The notes below the pieces were generated by a model. That model worked only from the letters and a program-made list of their open reading frames with translations, had not been told where the DNA came from and did no database searches. From Kiritimatiellia bacterium (GTDB lineage: Bacteria; Verrucomicrobiota; Kiritimatiellia; RFP12; UBA1067), in the NCBI GenBank assembly GCA_050949565.1, contig JBMNFY010000020.1, positions 32,001 through 96,000 of the forward strand: DNA of 64,000 bases, written 5' to 3'. Positions within the stretch are counted from its first letter, which is position 1, and every line of letters begins with the position of its first letter. The translations under genes were made by a program, and so were the position numbers. Shown piece by piece: positions 28,922 through 38,721 of this stretch.

Positions 28922-30841
28922 ATGATGAAAACGAGAGACTTGGTCATTGGATTGTGCGTGTTTTGCGTTGTTGCGGGTGCGTTTGCCGAGCGGACGGGGC
29001 CGTGGCCAAAGGAGAAGGCGTGGGCGTGGTACAACGCCCAGCCATGGATGCGCGGTTGCAACTACATGCCCGCGAGTGCGGCGAACCGCGTGGACCAGTG
29101 GCAGGAGTTGGGCAGCGAAGAACGGTTCAAGGAGGTGGATCGCGAACTGGCGCTGGCGGCGTCGATCGGCTTCAACACGTTGCGCATCTTGGTCGAAGAG
29201 CAAGGCTTTGGCGTGTGGTATCACGATCATGACGGTTTCATGGCGCGGTTCGAGCGCATGCTCTCGATCATGGAGCGACATGGAATCCGCGCCATCGTCG
29301 TGCTCGGCAATGATTGCTCGCGTCCGAAGGAGTTGTGGAAACTGCCGGCTCCGGGGCCGCAGCCCTGCGACTGGGGTTACCACGGGGGACGGAAGCTCTC
29401 GCAGCACGGATCGTTTCCGGGGGCGATCGGTTACACGTCGCTTGATGATCCTGAGCTTAACCCGAAGTTCTTCCAGATGTGCGAGGAGTTGTTGACGAAG
29501 TATCGCGATGACGACCGCATCGCCTTTTGGAACCTCTGGAACGAGCCGGGCAACAACGGACGCGGAAAGATCACCGCGCCGCACCTGCGGAAGCTCTTTG
29601 AACTGGGGTGGCGGATTGATCCGAAGCAGCCGCTCGCGGCGGATCTTTGGGGTGGTGCCTACGGCGCTGCCGATGACAAGAACGAGGCGCAGAAAGTTGC
29701 GGGCGCGTGTTCGGACATCGTCAGCTACCACTCGTATCGTCCGTTCGCAAGCCAGATCGAACTCGTGAAACGGCTCAAGACGCTTTACGGGCGTCCGATG
29801 GTCAACACGGAGTGGCTGGCGCGCATCCTCGGTTGCGAGGTGTTTGACTGTTATCCGTTCTTTGCTCAGAACCGCATTGGCTGCATGTGCTGGGGGTTTG
29901 TGGCGGGGAAGTATCAGACCTATGAGCCGTGGGAGGGGATGTGGCGAGAGGTCGAGCGGGGCGGCGGTCAACACTATGACCTGTCGAAGTGGTTCCATGA
30001 TCTGTTCCGGCCTTCGTTGCGTCCGTATGATCCGAAGGAAATCGACGTGATCAAAAACGTCAATGCGCAGATGGATGCGGAGCGCGCGGGAGGATCCATC
30101 CGTGCCAAGATCGCGAAGACGCGCAAGATCGTTGCGGAGGATATGTGGCAGGGTTTCCGCCGGACAAAGTTTGACTTCAACGGCCGTACGGCCTGGGTGG
30201 TGGAACCTTCGCGCGCACCGCGGGCGGGGGTGCCTTGGACATGGACGATGCAGTGGGCCGAGGCGTTTGTGGACCGTACGGGCGTGCCTGATCTTCTGCG
30301 TCAGGGCTTCCATCATGTGACGCTCGAAGCCTTTGACCTACGTGCGAATGACGAGGGGGTCGCGCAGTTTGCCGAGTTTCAAAAATTCCTTGTGAATGAG
30401 CTTGGCTTCGCGCCGAAGGCAGATTTGGTAGGCATGAGCTGGGGCGGCTTTTTCTCCGTGCGTTACGCGGCGGCGCATCCGGCCAACGTGGCGAAAATCT
30501 ATCTGGATGCGCCGTTGCTGAACTTCGACGGATTTGGCAGCGATCCGAATCGCATCGGGCCTTGGGGCGCGGTCGCGCCTGCGGACGGCAACTGGGGTGC
30601 GGTGCCGGGCATGCCGGTGAATCAGGCGGAGGCGATCGCGAAGGCCGGTATCCCGGTGCTGCTCTTGTACGGCGGTCAGGATCAGACCGTTCTGCCGGCG
30701 AAAAACTGCGAGTTGTTCGCCGCCCGCTTCAAGGAGGCCGGCGGCAAGATCGAGGTGAATCAGCGCGGTCTGTTCGGGCACCACCCGCACGGCGTGGACC
30801 CGGACAAGACGGGGCTGATCACGAAATTTTTCATGCGGTGA
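28922..30841 (+). CDS. Secreted GH-A clan (GH5-like) glycoside hydrolase fused to alpha/beta-hydrolase esterase
   Basis: AGGAGG RBS, signal peptide; WNLWNEP acid/base and NTEWLAR nucleophile motifs; C-terminal GMSWGG and HHPHG. Confidence 0.8.
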   Translation: MMKTRDLVIGLCVFCVVAGAFAERTGPWPKEKAWAWYNAQPWMRGCNYMPASAANRVDQWQELGSEERFKEVDRELALAASIGFNTLRILVEEQGFGVWYHDHDGFMARFERMLSIMERHGIRAIVVLGNDCSRPKELWKLPAPGPQPCDWGYHGGRKLSQHGSFPGAIGYTSLDDPELNPKFFQMCEELLTKYRDDDRIAFWNLWNEPGNNGRGKITAPHLRKLFELGWRIDPKQPLAADLWGGAYGAADDKNEAQKVAGACSDIVSYHSYRPFASQIELVKRLKTLYGRPMVNTEWLARILGCEVFDCYPFFAQNRIGCMCWGFVAGKYQTYEPWEGMWREVERGGGQHYDLSKWFHDLFRPSLRPYDPKEIDVIKNVNAQMDAERAGGSIRAKIAKTRKIVAEDMWQGFRRTKFDFNGRTAWVVEPSRAPRAGVPWTWTMQWAEAFVDRTGVPDLLRQGFHHVTLEAFDLRANDEGVAQFAEFQKFLVNELGFAPKADLVGMSWGGFFSVRYAAAHPANVAKIYLDAPLLNFDGFGSDPNRIGPWGAVAPADGNWGAVPGMPVNQAEAIAKAGIPVLLLYGGQDQTVLPAKNCELFAARFKEAGGKIEVNQRGLFGHHPHGVDPDKTGLITKFFMR

Positions 30842-30981
30842 TGCCGCAACGGTTTATGATGAAGGCAAAGCGATAACAATTCGTTTTGACGCAATGACTG
30901 GGAAGCCAATGGTTGTGTCCGAGTAGGGCGAAACTTCATTCGTTATTCACTCTCTCTTTCGGATCGTGTATGCTTTGTTCC

Positions 30982-31650
30982 ATGTTACGCGGTGGGGAGA
31001 GGCGAGATGCTACGACAAGCGGTTGCGGGCCGTTGTTCAGGCATGTAGGCTGGATAGGGCGGTTGGCCGTCGGCGCGTTGCTGCTGGTCGGGGTCGTTGG
31101 GTGCGGCGACGGACCGCGATTGCGTCCGGTGACACCGGAGTCGGTGGTGCTGGCCTTTGGCGACAGCTTGACCTCAGGAGAAGGCGCCGATGAGGAGCAG
31201 AGCTATCCAGCGGTGTTGGCGCATCTTTTGGGTTGCGAGGTCGTGAACGGCGGTGTGGCCGGCGAGATCACACAGCAGGGCGTCGCCCGTTTGCCGGAGA
31301 TGTTGCTGGACCATCGACCACAGATGGTTATCATCTGTTTCGGCGGTAACGATATGTTGCGTAAACTGGACGATGAGGTGATCACGCGGAACCTGCGCGA
31401 AATGATCCGTGCAGCGCATCAGGCGAAAGCCGACGTGATCCTGATCGGCGTTCCGCGCCCCGGATTGTTGCTGCGCGCGCCCTCCTTTTATCAGGAGGTT
31501 GCGGAGGAGTTCGGCTTGGTTTACGAGGACAAGATCGTGGCCAAGATCCTCTCGAGGCCGACGCTGAAAAGTGATTTGATCCATCCGAACGCCAAGGGTT
31601 ACCGGAGACTTGCTGAGCGTCTGGCCGATGTGATCCGAAAAAATTCTTGA
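30982..31650 (+). CDS. SGNH/GDSL arylesterase lipoprotein (TesA-like)
   Basis: AFGDSLT, N.GV.G, GGND, DLIHPN; lipobox VVGC; start uncertain. Confidence 0.88.
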   Translation: MLRGGERRDATTSGCGPLFRHVGWIGRLAVGALLLVGVVGCGDGPRLRPVTPESVVLAFGDSLTSGEGADEEQSYPAVLAHLLGCEVVNGGVAGEITQQGVARLPEMLLDHRPQMVIICFGGNDMLRKLDDEVITRNLREMIRAAHQAKADVILIGVPRPGLLLRAPSFYQEVAEEFGLVYEDKIVAKILSRPTLKSDLIHPNAKGYRRLAERLADVIRKNS

Positions 31651-31678
31651 AGTAGAAAAAAACAGAGTGGAGGAGATT

Positions 31679-34021
31679 ATGATGAAAAAAACTGTGTTTC
31701 TTTGGGGCGTGTTGGGCCTGGTGTCGGCATCGGTTTGGGGGCAGACGTCATGGACTTTTGAGAAGCCGCATGTGTGGGCGCGCGATAAGGATGCGATCAC
31801 ACTGGAGAAACAGGGGGATCACTTTATCGTGCGCCATACTGGACAGCGCGATTGGTGCATGGGGGGCTTTCAGCGCATTGCTGTTGAACCCGGCGAGATC
31901 TTCGAATTGCGCTGTCGGGTCAAGGCGGTTTCCGAGGTGGGAGCGGTTGCGGTGTCGACCGGCGTGGTTCTGCGTGACGGCGCGGGCCAGGAAATCAAGT
32001 GGATCTATGGCGGCGCACAGGTGATGACGCCCTGCGATTGGACTGAACTGGTTTCGCGGTTCGTCCTGCCCAAGAATGTCGCCACCATTGAGCCGCGTCT
32101 TACCGGCAGCCAGCCGGTCACAGTCGAGGTGCAGCGCTATGTGGCCATGCGCGCGGGATCGGTGAAAGATCGCGTCAAGTCGGGTGCACAGGGACAGACG
32201 CAGATTGAGAACGGACGGTTGCGTTTCAACGTCGACGGCGCGGCTGCGCGTTTGTCGGTGACGGACCTGCGTACCGGCCGCGTTTGGTCGCAAGAGGGCG
32301 GCGATGCGGGCTGGATGGTTACCAGCGCAGAGGTGTCGGGCGACAAGCGTTCGCTGACGCTGGCCTTGCTGGAGCCTGAGACCGTGCGGGAGTTCAAGGC
32401 TGTGTTCGCGTTGGACGAGCAGGCGGCGGAGTTGTCGGTCGCGATCTCGATGGACGGGGCGATGCAGCGCCCGCTCAATTTCCCGTTGCCCTTCGCAACG
32501 CGCAAGGGCGACCGGCTGATCGTGCCGATGAATGAAGGGGTCGGGTATCCGGTTCACGAAGAGCATCAGGGCCTGCACCGGTTGATCGCCTACGGCGGGC
32601 ATGGGATCTGCATGGGATTCTTCGGCGTGACGGAAGACGCGACCGGCGCCGGTTGGATGTGCATTTTGGAGACGTCGGATGATGCGGCCATGGATGCCCG
32701 CAAGGGGGCGGACGGAATGTGGGTGGCCGGTCCATCGTGGGATGCGCAGCGCGGTCAGTTTGGCTACACGCGCAAGGCGCGTTACGTGTTTTTTGAGGCG
32801 GGCGGGCATGTGGCGATGTGTAAGCGTTACCGTGCGCACGCCCGGCAGGTCGGTTTGCTCGTGCCGTTTTCCGAAAAGGTCAAGCGTATTCCGGCCATCG
32901 ATCGTCTGATCGGTGCCGCGAACATCTGGCGCATAGGCAAGGGGGCGGGGGATGCCGTGGCGCTGGTCAAGGAGATGCAGGCGCTCGGTATGCGCCGACT
33001 GCTGTGGAGCGGGGGCGGATCGCCCGAACAGATCCGGGCGCTGCGGGAACTGCCGGATGTGCTGGTGGGCCGCTACGACATCTACCAGGACATCATGGAT
33101 CCCGCCAATCACGAGAGGATCGGCTACAAGCACGGCGATTGGGTGACTGAGGCCTTCCCGCACGATATTAACTGGGCCGGTCCGGACGCGACGCAGTGGC
33201 GGCGCGGCTGGCGCGTCAAGGCAAAGGACGGCGAGATGATCCCCTGCGCGGTGATCTGCGACTCGAAAGCCCTGCCCTACGCCCGCAAGCGAATCGCCAA
33301 GGACTTGGAGACCAAGCCGTATACCGCGCGCTTCATCGATACCACCGTCGCGGCGCCCTGGTTCGAGTGCTATCATCCCGACCATCCGATGACGCGCACG
33401 CAGAGCCGCCAGTACAAGATGGAGTTGCTCAAGCTAATTGGTGATTTTGGTCTGGTATGCGGCAGTGAGACCGGCCATGAGGCGTCGGTGCCGTTCTGTG
33501 ACTATTTCGAGGGTATGCTCAGCCTCGGTCCCTACCGCGTGCCGGATTCGGGCCGCAACCTGCTGCCGGAGTGGGACGAGGTGCCGGAGCGGCTGGCCAA
33601 GTATCAGGTGGGCGAGGCGTACCGCCTGCCGCTGTGGGAGCTGGTGTATCACGACTGCGTGGTGGCGCACTGGTATTGGGGCGACTACAACAACAAGCTG
33701 CCGAAAGTCTGGCGCAAGCGCGATCTGTTCAACGCGCTCTACGGAACGCCGCCGATGTATCTGTTCGACGGCGCGCGGTGGGAGGCGAAAAAGGCGCAGT
33801 TCGCCGCCAGCTATCAGGTGGCCGCGCCGGTGGCGCGCGCGACCGGGTATCACGAGATGACCGACCACCAGATTCTGTCGCCGGACCGCACCGTGCAGCG
33901 CACGGTCTTTGCCAACGGGGTGACGGTCACGGTAAACTTTGGCGAGCGCCCGTACCGTATGCCCGACGGGAGTGAGATCCCGGCGATGGATGTGAAGGTC
34001 GCATACCCGAAGGAACAGTGA
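31679..34021 (+). CDS. Secreted putative glycoside hydrolase (DUF5696/GH129-like) with N-terminal CBM-like domain
   Basis: GGAGGAG RBS, signal peptide; RYDIYQD, FIDTT, GSETG, and LPLWELVYHDC motifs. Confidence 0.65.
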   Translation: MMKKTVFLWGVLGLVSASVWGQTSWTFEKPHVWARDKDAITLEKQGDHFIVRHTGQRDWCMGGFQRIAVEPGEIFELRCRVKAVSEVGAVAVSTGVVLRDGAGQEIKWIYGGAQVMTPCDWTELVSRFVLPKNVATIEPRLTGSQPVTVEVQRYVAMRAGSVKDRVKSGAQGQTQIENGRLRFNVDGAAARLSVTDLRTGRVWSQEGGDAGWMVTSAEVSGDKRSLTLALLEPETVREFKAVFALDEQAAELSVAISMDGAMQRPLNFPLPFATRKGDRLIVPMNEGVGYPVHEEHQGLHRLIAYGGHGICMGFFGVTEDATGAGWMCILETSDDAAMDARKGADGMWVAGPSWDAQRGQFGYTRKARYVFFEAGGHVAMCKRYRAHARQVGLLVPFSEKVKRIPAIDRLIGAANIWRIGKGAGDAVALVKEMQALGMRRLLWSGGGSPEQIRALRELPDVLVGRYDIYQDIMDPANHERIGYKHGDWVTEAFPHDINWAGPDATQWRRGWRVKAKDGEMIPCAVICDSKALPYARKRIAKDLETKPYTARFIDTTVAAPWFECYHPDHPMTRTQSRQYKMELLKLIGDFGLVCGSETGHEASVPFCDYFEGMLSLGPYRVPDSGRNLLPEWDEVPERLAKYQVGEAYRLPLWELVYHDCVVAHWYWGDYNNKLPKVWRKRDLFNALYGTPPMYLFDGARWEAKKAQFAASYQVAAPVARATGYHEMTDHQILSPDRTVQRTVFANGVTVTVNFGERPYRMPDGSEIPAMDVKVAYPKEQ

Positions 34022-34030
34022 GCGTGGGCG

Positions 34031-34058
34031 TTGACAACCGGGTATGGTTTAGTATGCT
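34031..34058 (+). promoter_or_regulatory. Sigma70-type promoter
   Basis: TTGACA-N16-TATGCT, with GGAGG RBS and ATG at 34080. Confidence 0.6.
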
Positions 34059-34079
34059 GAAACCGTGGAGGGTTTAACT

Positions 34080-36533
34080 ATGCGCATGATGATGTGGGTT
34101 GTGTGTTGTCTGATCGCGGTGAGTGTGTCTGCCGGGACTGGAGACGGTGTGCTGGTCAAACGGGTGGCGGAGGGTGGTCACGCTGAAAAGCTGACGCCGC
34201 TGGTACCCGAACGCGCGGGGGCGTACGGGGCGGGGTTCACACGTGACGGTGTGGAGTATATCTGTGACAACGGGGATCAGGCGGCGCAGCAGCGTGGTGT
34301 CGCGTGGAGCATAGAGTTGAACCAGAGCCGGGCTGAGCCGGTGGTGGCATCGGCTTGGGCGCGTGCCGAGCAGACAGAGGGTTCGCCCAACAGTGACTTC
34401 TCGCTCTATCTTGATCTTGTGTATACCGACGGCACACCGCTCTGGGGGCAGTCCGTGCCGTTCGATCCTGATCCGGCGGTGGGGTGGCAGCGGCGTGAGG
34501 TGGTGGTTACGCCGGACCGCCCGATCCGTCGCATAAGCTACTACCTGCTTTATCGTAACCGCGCCGGGCGGGTGCGTTTCAAAGATGCGCGTTTCGGAAC
34601 GCTCGCTATCGACGATGTCCTGCGGTTTGACGGTGCAGTGACCGAGCAGGTCGGTACGCCGCAGCGGGGTTTCCTGATACGCGATGTGGCGCGGGAGTCG
34701 GGCTTTGTATCGATCACGCGCGAAGCGCTCGGCGTCCGGCTGACGACCCGCGAGCGGCGTGCCGCCGGCGTGACCTTTTATGATGTGTCGCTGGAAGAAC
34801 TCACCGGTCAGGATCGCGCGATGACGCTCGTCTATTCCCTGCCGCAGCCGTCTGGGGCACTGGTATGGTTTCATGATCTGCGGCGGGCGATGGACTTGGA
34901 CGGGCGCATGGCAGAGGTCATGAACACCACGCGGCGGCAGGTCGGCGCGAACGGCCAGCTTTCGCGCTATCCGTTCGGGGCGGTGGCGGCTGGCGGGAAG
35001 GGGTGCGCGCTTGGTATCGACACGGCGACGCCACTTTATTACCGGGTTGGCTGTCAGCCTCGGACGCGCGAGTTGTTCCTGGCGTGCGATATCGGTTTCG
35101 CGCCGGAAAAGCGGACGGCCGATTTCCGTTTCTGCGTGTTCGATTTCAAGGCGGACGATGGTTTCCGCGGTGCGCTGGCGCGCTATTATGAACTTTATCC
35201 TGACGCCTTCGTAACGCGCATCAGCAAGCAGGGGGTTTGGATGCCGTTCGCGCCCATCAGCAAGGTGGAGGGCTGGCAGGATTTCGGTTTCCGGATCAAG
35301 GAGGGCACTGACGAAACGGCGTGGGACGACGCGCACGATATACTGACCTTCCGTTATACCGAGCCGATGACCTGGTGGATGGCGCTCAAGGGGGAGGGTC
35401 CGCGCACGTTGGAGCGCGGCGTGGAGGAGGCGAAGCGGTTGGCGGCAGCCGGTAATCGCGCCGGACTGGCTTGGGAGAGCAGTGCGTTCGAGGATGAGAA
35501 GGGGCGGATTCCTGGGCGCGTGCTTGACACGCCTTGGTGCAACGGCGTGGTCTGGAGCATGAACTGCGCGCCTGGGGTGCCGGGCGCGGTGACCGATTTT
35601 TCAAACAAGTGGAACGCCGCGTACATCGAGCACCAATACGGCGCCTCGCGTAAGGCCGCCTGTGACGGCGAGTACATCGACTCGGCCGAAGCGTATGTGA
35701 CCGACGAACTGAACTTCAGGCGCAGCCACTTTGCGAGCGCGGAGCGTCCACTCTGCTACGCGCTTGGTTCGCGCCGCGTGGGCATCTACAAAGGCATGAT
35801 CGGTTTCGAGTATGTGCGGGAGTTAGCGCGTGAGATGCATGCGCGCGGACACTACATGATGGCCAACAGCACGCCGATCAGTTGGTGCTGGTTGGCACCG
35901 TTGCTGGATGTGATGGGTACCGAGACCAATTGGAAGCACGGCGGGAAATGGCGGCCGATGGCTGACGAGGAGTTGCTCTACCGCCGTGCGATGTGCAAAG
36001 GCAAGCCGTTCTGCTTTTTGATGAACACGGAGTTTACGGCCTTTTCGTATGAAGACTCGGAAAAGTTCATGAAGCGGTCGCTGGCATACGGCATGTTTCC
36101 GGGATATTTCAGCGCCGATGCCTCGACCGGCCACTACTTTAAGCGGCCCGAACTGTACAATCGCGACCGTCCGCTCTTCAAAAAGTATATTCCGCTCTGT
36201 CGTCTGGTCGCCGAGGCTGGATGGGAGCCGGTGACCGGCGCGCGCTCGGACAACGCGGCGGTGACGCTGGAGCGGTTCGGCTGGCAGCCCGGCATCTGCT
36301 ATCTGACGGTCTTTAACCAGTCGGAAACGCGCCAGAAAGCGACGGTGACACTGACCGCGCTTGCGCAGCCGTCGACCTGCCGCGATCTCGTGCGGGGTAC
36401 GGAGGTTACATGGCGGGATAAGCGCACAGACATTGAGTTGGATGCCGACGATGTCTGCGTGCTGGCGTTCGAAGGGCCGTACGTAGGCGACGTGTTGGCC
36501 AAAGATGCGGCGGTTGTTGCACCTGTGGAGTAG
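34080..36533 (+). CDS. Secreted uncharacterised protein, probable glycoside hydrolase-like TIM barrel
   Basis: Signal peptide; DGEYIDS and LDVMGTE motifs; family not firmly assigned. Confidence 0.65.
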   Translation: MRMMMWVVCCLIAVSVSAGTGDGVLVKRVAEGGHAEKLTPLVPERAGAYGAGFTRDGVEYICDNGDQAAQQRGVAWSIELNQSRAEPVVASAWARAEQTEGSPNSDFSLYLDLVYTDGTPLWGQSVPFDPDPAVGWQRREVVVTPDRPIRRISYYLLYRNRAGRVRFKDARFGTLAIDDVLRFDGAVTEQVGTPQRGFLIRDVARESGFVSITREALGVRLTTRERRAAGVTFYDVSLEELTGQDRAMTLVYSLPQPSGALVWFHDLRRAMDLDGRMAEVMNTTRRQVGANGQLSRYPFGAVAAGGKGCALGIDTATPLYYRVGCQPRTRELFLACDIGFAPEKRTADFRFCVFDFKADDGFRGALARYYELYPDAFVTRISKQGVWMPFAPISKVEGWQDFGFRIKEGTDETAWDDAHDILTFRYTEPMTWWMALKGEGPRTLERGVEEAKRLAAAGNRAGLAWESSAFEDEKGRIPGRVLDTPWCNGVVWSMNCAPGVPGAVTDFSNKWNAAYIEHQYGASRKAACDGEYIDSAEAYVTDELNFRRSHFASAERPLCYALGSRRVGIYKGMIGFEYVRELAREMHARGHYMMANSTPISWCWLAPLLDVMGTETNWKHGGKWRPMADEELLYRRAMCKGKPFCFLMNTEFTAFSYEDSEKFMKRSLAYGMFPGYFSADASTGHYFKRPELYNRDRPLFKKYIPLCRLVAEAGWEPVTGARSDNAAVTLERFGWQPGICYLTVFNQSETRQKATVTLTALAQPSTCRDLVRGTEVTWRDKRTDIELDADDVCVLAFEGPYVGDVLAKDAAVVAPVE

Positions 36534-36651
36534 GGGGCGCGGTAGCGGTTTTTCTCACACGAAGGCGCGAAGGATTTGAGATTTGGGATTTGTGCTGCTC
36601 GGGTTTGTTTAACGCAGAGACGCAGAGGTTTTTGGAGGGGTAGACCGCCTG

Positions 36652-36859
36652 TTATTGCGACCACCCAGTGGTCGCAATGATGAGTGTAAAAACGGGCGGG
36701 AGGATGGGCACCGAGCGCGCAAAGGGCATGCAATGGTTGGGCAAGCGCGGGAACGGCCCCAAAAGTGCCCAAAATGCTGTGAATGGCCACGGGCGGGGCG
36801 CGGCTGCGTCGTGCGAGGTTTTAACCTCATCTTTGTGACCACTGAGTGGTCACAAAAAG
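36652..36859 (+). mobile_element. Full-length REP-doublet/MITE-like element, preceded by repeat modules from 36545
   Basis: Left unit 36652-36693; inverted partner GTTTTAACCTCATCTTTGTGACCACTGAGTGGTCACAAAA at 36818-36859; internal sequence related to 519-592. Confidence 0.78.
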
Positions 36860-36862
36860 TGG

Positions 36863-38188
36863 CTACCTTTGCCATCCCTCAATCTTAAAGATACGTTCGG
36901 CAAGTTTGCGGTCCGGCTTGCCTGAGTCTGGCGTGAACCACACCTCAAAACGAGCCGCGTAAGGCTTGCCCCAATCACCTTCGTAGATCGTGAACCCGGC
37001 CTTCGCGCCGAACCGTTCCGACGGGTCGGCCGACCATGTCATACGCGTCCTTGATTTCGCTTCCAGTCTATCAACGGACAAAGGTGTGCCCTTGGTGACC
37101 TCAAACGCTTTTAGATACACCGAACCAGGTTCGCCGGGATTGATCGAATAGGCGACACCGTAGATGCCGGGCTGCATTCCTGTAAGCAATTTGAACGGAT
37201 GCCCCACGTCGCCTGCGAGACGGCCGGCCAACTCGCGGGATCTGGCGCGGGCCGAAGCCACGGCGGCTTCGGGATCCGTCAGGAATTCCGAAAACTCTGC
37301 TTCTAAATGGGCTATTGTGGCTTTGGTTACACGGCGTTCACGATCATCTGATTCTTCAAAGATTTCGACCCAGACTCCGCCACACTCAATCATGACTCGA
37401 CTCTCCTGCAGGTCATTATCCACGTTCAATTTCGGCGTAACCAGATTGCTTCCCTCGTGAACATGCTGCACCGGATACCGGCCCCACTGTTTGAGATCAA
37501 GGCACAGGAGACATCGCGTTTGAAACCGGGGATTACCGCCGAACCCTGAAATGTAGCCATGCAATGTATCTCGGGGTTCTCCGCCGTAACTCCAGCGTCT
37601 CGACGCAAAGCGGTCCCCCTGGTCCATAAACACATGCCAGTCCGGAGAAGCTTCAATGTAGTCACGGAAAGCTTTGGGGTGATCGATTGATGCTTTGCGC
37701 AACGAGGGCATCGCAGGCATGAAATCCGGTACGCCGGTTCCCGGAATGGTCAGCGCTTGGCGAACAGCGCTCTGAAGCTCATCACTCCCGGCAGGCGTAC
37801 TTGAGCCCCAACGGTCGGTTGCATCTTGAACGGGCTCAGCAATCTCAATGCCTTCGGGAATCGTTAAATTGTCCGCAAACCCGTCTTCACTTGGCCCAAA
37901 CATCAGCGTAAACATCACGAAACCCAAGGCGAAGCTAGTCACAACTCCACACGCGACAAGGAGACAAAGGTTGGTGACGCCGATGCGCCATCTCTTCCGA
38001 ATAAAGTTCCATAAGGTTGCGGCGATGATGCCCAAGAATGCGATTCCCGTACCCAAGAGTAGGACGTCGGTCAGAACGACAAGAGGTTGCCATCGGACGG
38101 CTGCCGTGATCACAAAGCAGCCGAGGAGGCAGAGGTAGACCAGCGCAGGCAACCATCGGCTGCTGAAATATCGCGTCAGTATTCTCAT
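36863..38188 (-). CDS. Hypothetical membrane protein (3 N-terminal TM helices + soluble domain)
   Basis: Long ORF; hydrophobic N-terminus; C-terminal FTIYEGDWGKPYAARFEVWF...IEGWQR. Function unknown. Confidence 0.75.
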   Translation of the reverse strand: MRILTRYFSSRWLPALVYLCLLGCFVITAAVRWQPLVVLTDVLLLGTGIAFLGIIAATLWNFIRKRWRIGVTNLCLLVACGVVTSFALGFVMFTLMFGPSEDGFADNLTIPEGIEIAEPVQDATDRWGSSTPAGSDELQSAVRQALTIPGTGVPDFMPAMPSLRKASIDHPKAFRDYIEASPDWHVFMDQGDRFASRRWSYGGEPRDTLHGYISGFGGNPRFQTRCLLCLDLKQWGRYPVQHVHEGSNLVTPKLNVDNDLQESRVMIECGGVWVEIFEESDDRERRVTKATIAHLEAEFSEFLTDPEAAVASARARSRELAGRLAGDVGHPFKLLTGMQPGIYGVAYSINPGEPGSVYLKAFEVTKGTPLSVDRLEAKSRTRMTWSADPSERFGAKAGFTIYEGDWGKPYAARFEVWFTPDSGKPDRKLAERIFKIEGWQR

Positions 38189-38340
38189 TTCCCGCTCCGC
38201 TAAGAGACGGGAACAACCCCCGTCCCGGATTGCTTTGAATGGTAGCACTGAGGGTGCAGATTGTCGAGCCGGTGCGTAATCGGTGGATGGGTCGATTGGA
38301 ACTTGTTGCGACCACATAGTGGCTCGCAACGACGAGTGTT

Positions 38341-38425
38341 AAAACGACCGCGCCGCCTGTCTCCGGCTCCACGCCCCCATCAGGGTCACATATTCGAATA
38401 TGTGACCCTCGAACGTCCGAACGCA
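38341..38425 (+). repeat. ~84-bp direct repeat containing perfect 28-bp palindrome (copy 1)
   Basis: AGGGTCACATATTCGAATATGTGACCCT at 38382-38409; near-identical to 41188-41271; preceded by a GCGACCAC REP at 38303. Confidence 0.9.
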
Positions 38426-38721
38426 GAACGTCGAATGATGGGTGGCACGTATTCAGTGTGGTGACAAGAGCCGCGCGATGCGCGGGTCGCGGCACCGCTT
38501 TTGCGCACAGCCCTGTCACTGCACCCATGCTCAAAAAGCGGCGTCGCGCGGAATACCGCTTGCCGCCGCACTGATCCTTTCACCAAAGTTGCGAAACACT
38601 GATATCGAAATCGGTCTTGTCCGACGCGGCGGGAAAGGGGTATGATACAAAACACAGTGGGCGCTCGAGTCGTACGCTGGGGGTCAGCGGTGGCGGGGCG
38701 CACGAGGATGGGGGAAGACGA

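Noticed and set aside
28766-30929. DGR template/variable repeat pair
   Set aside because: The mismatches are not restricted to adenines of either copy (they include C/T changes), and no reverse transcriptase is in the window.
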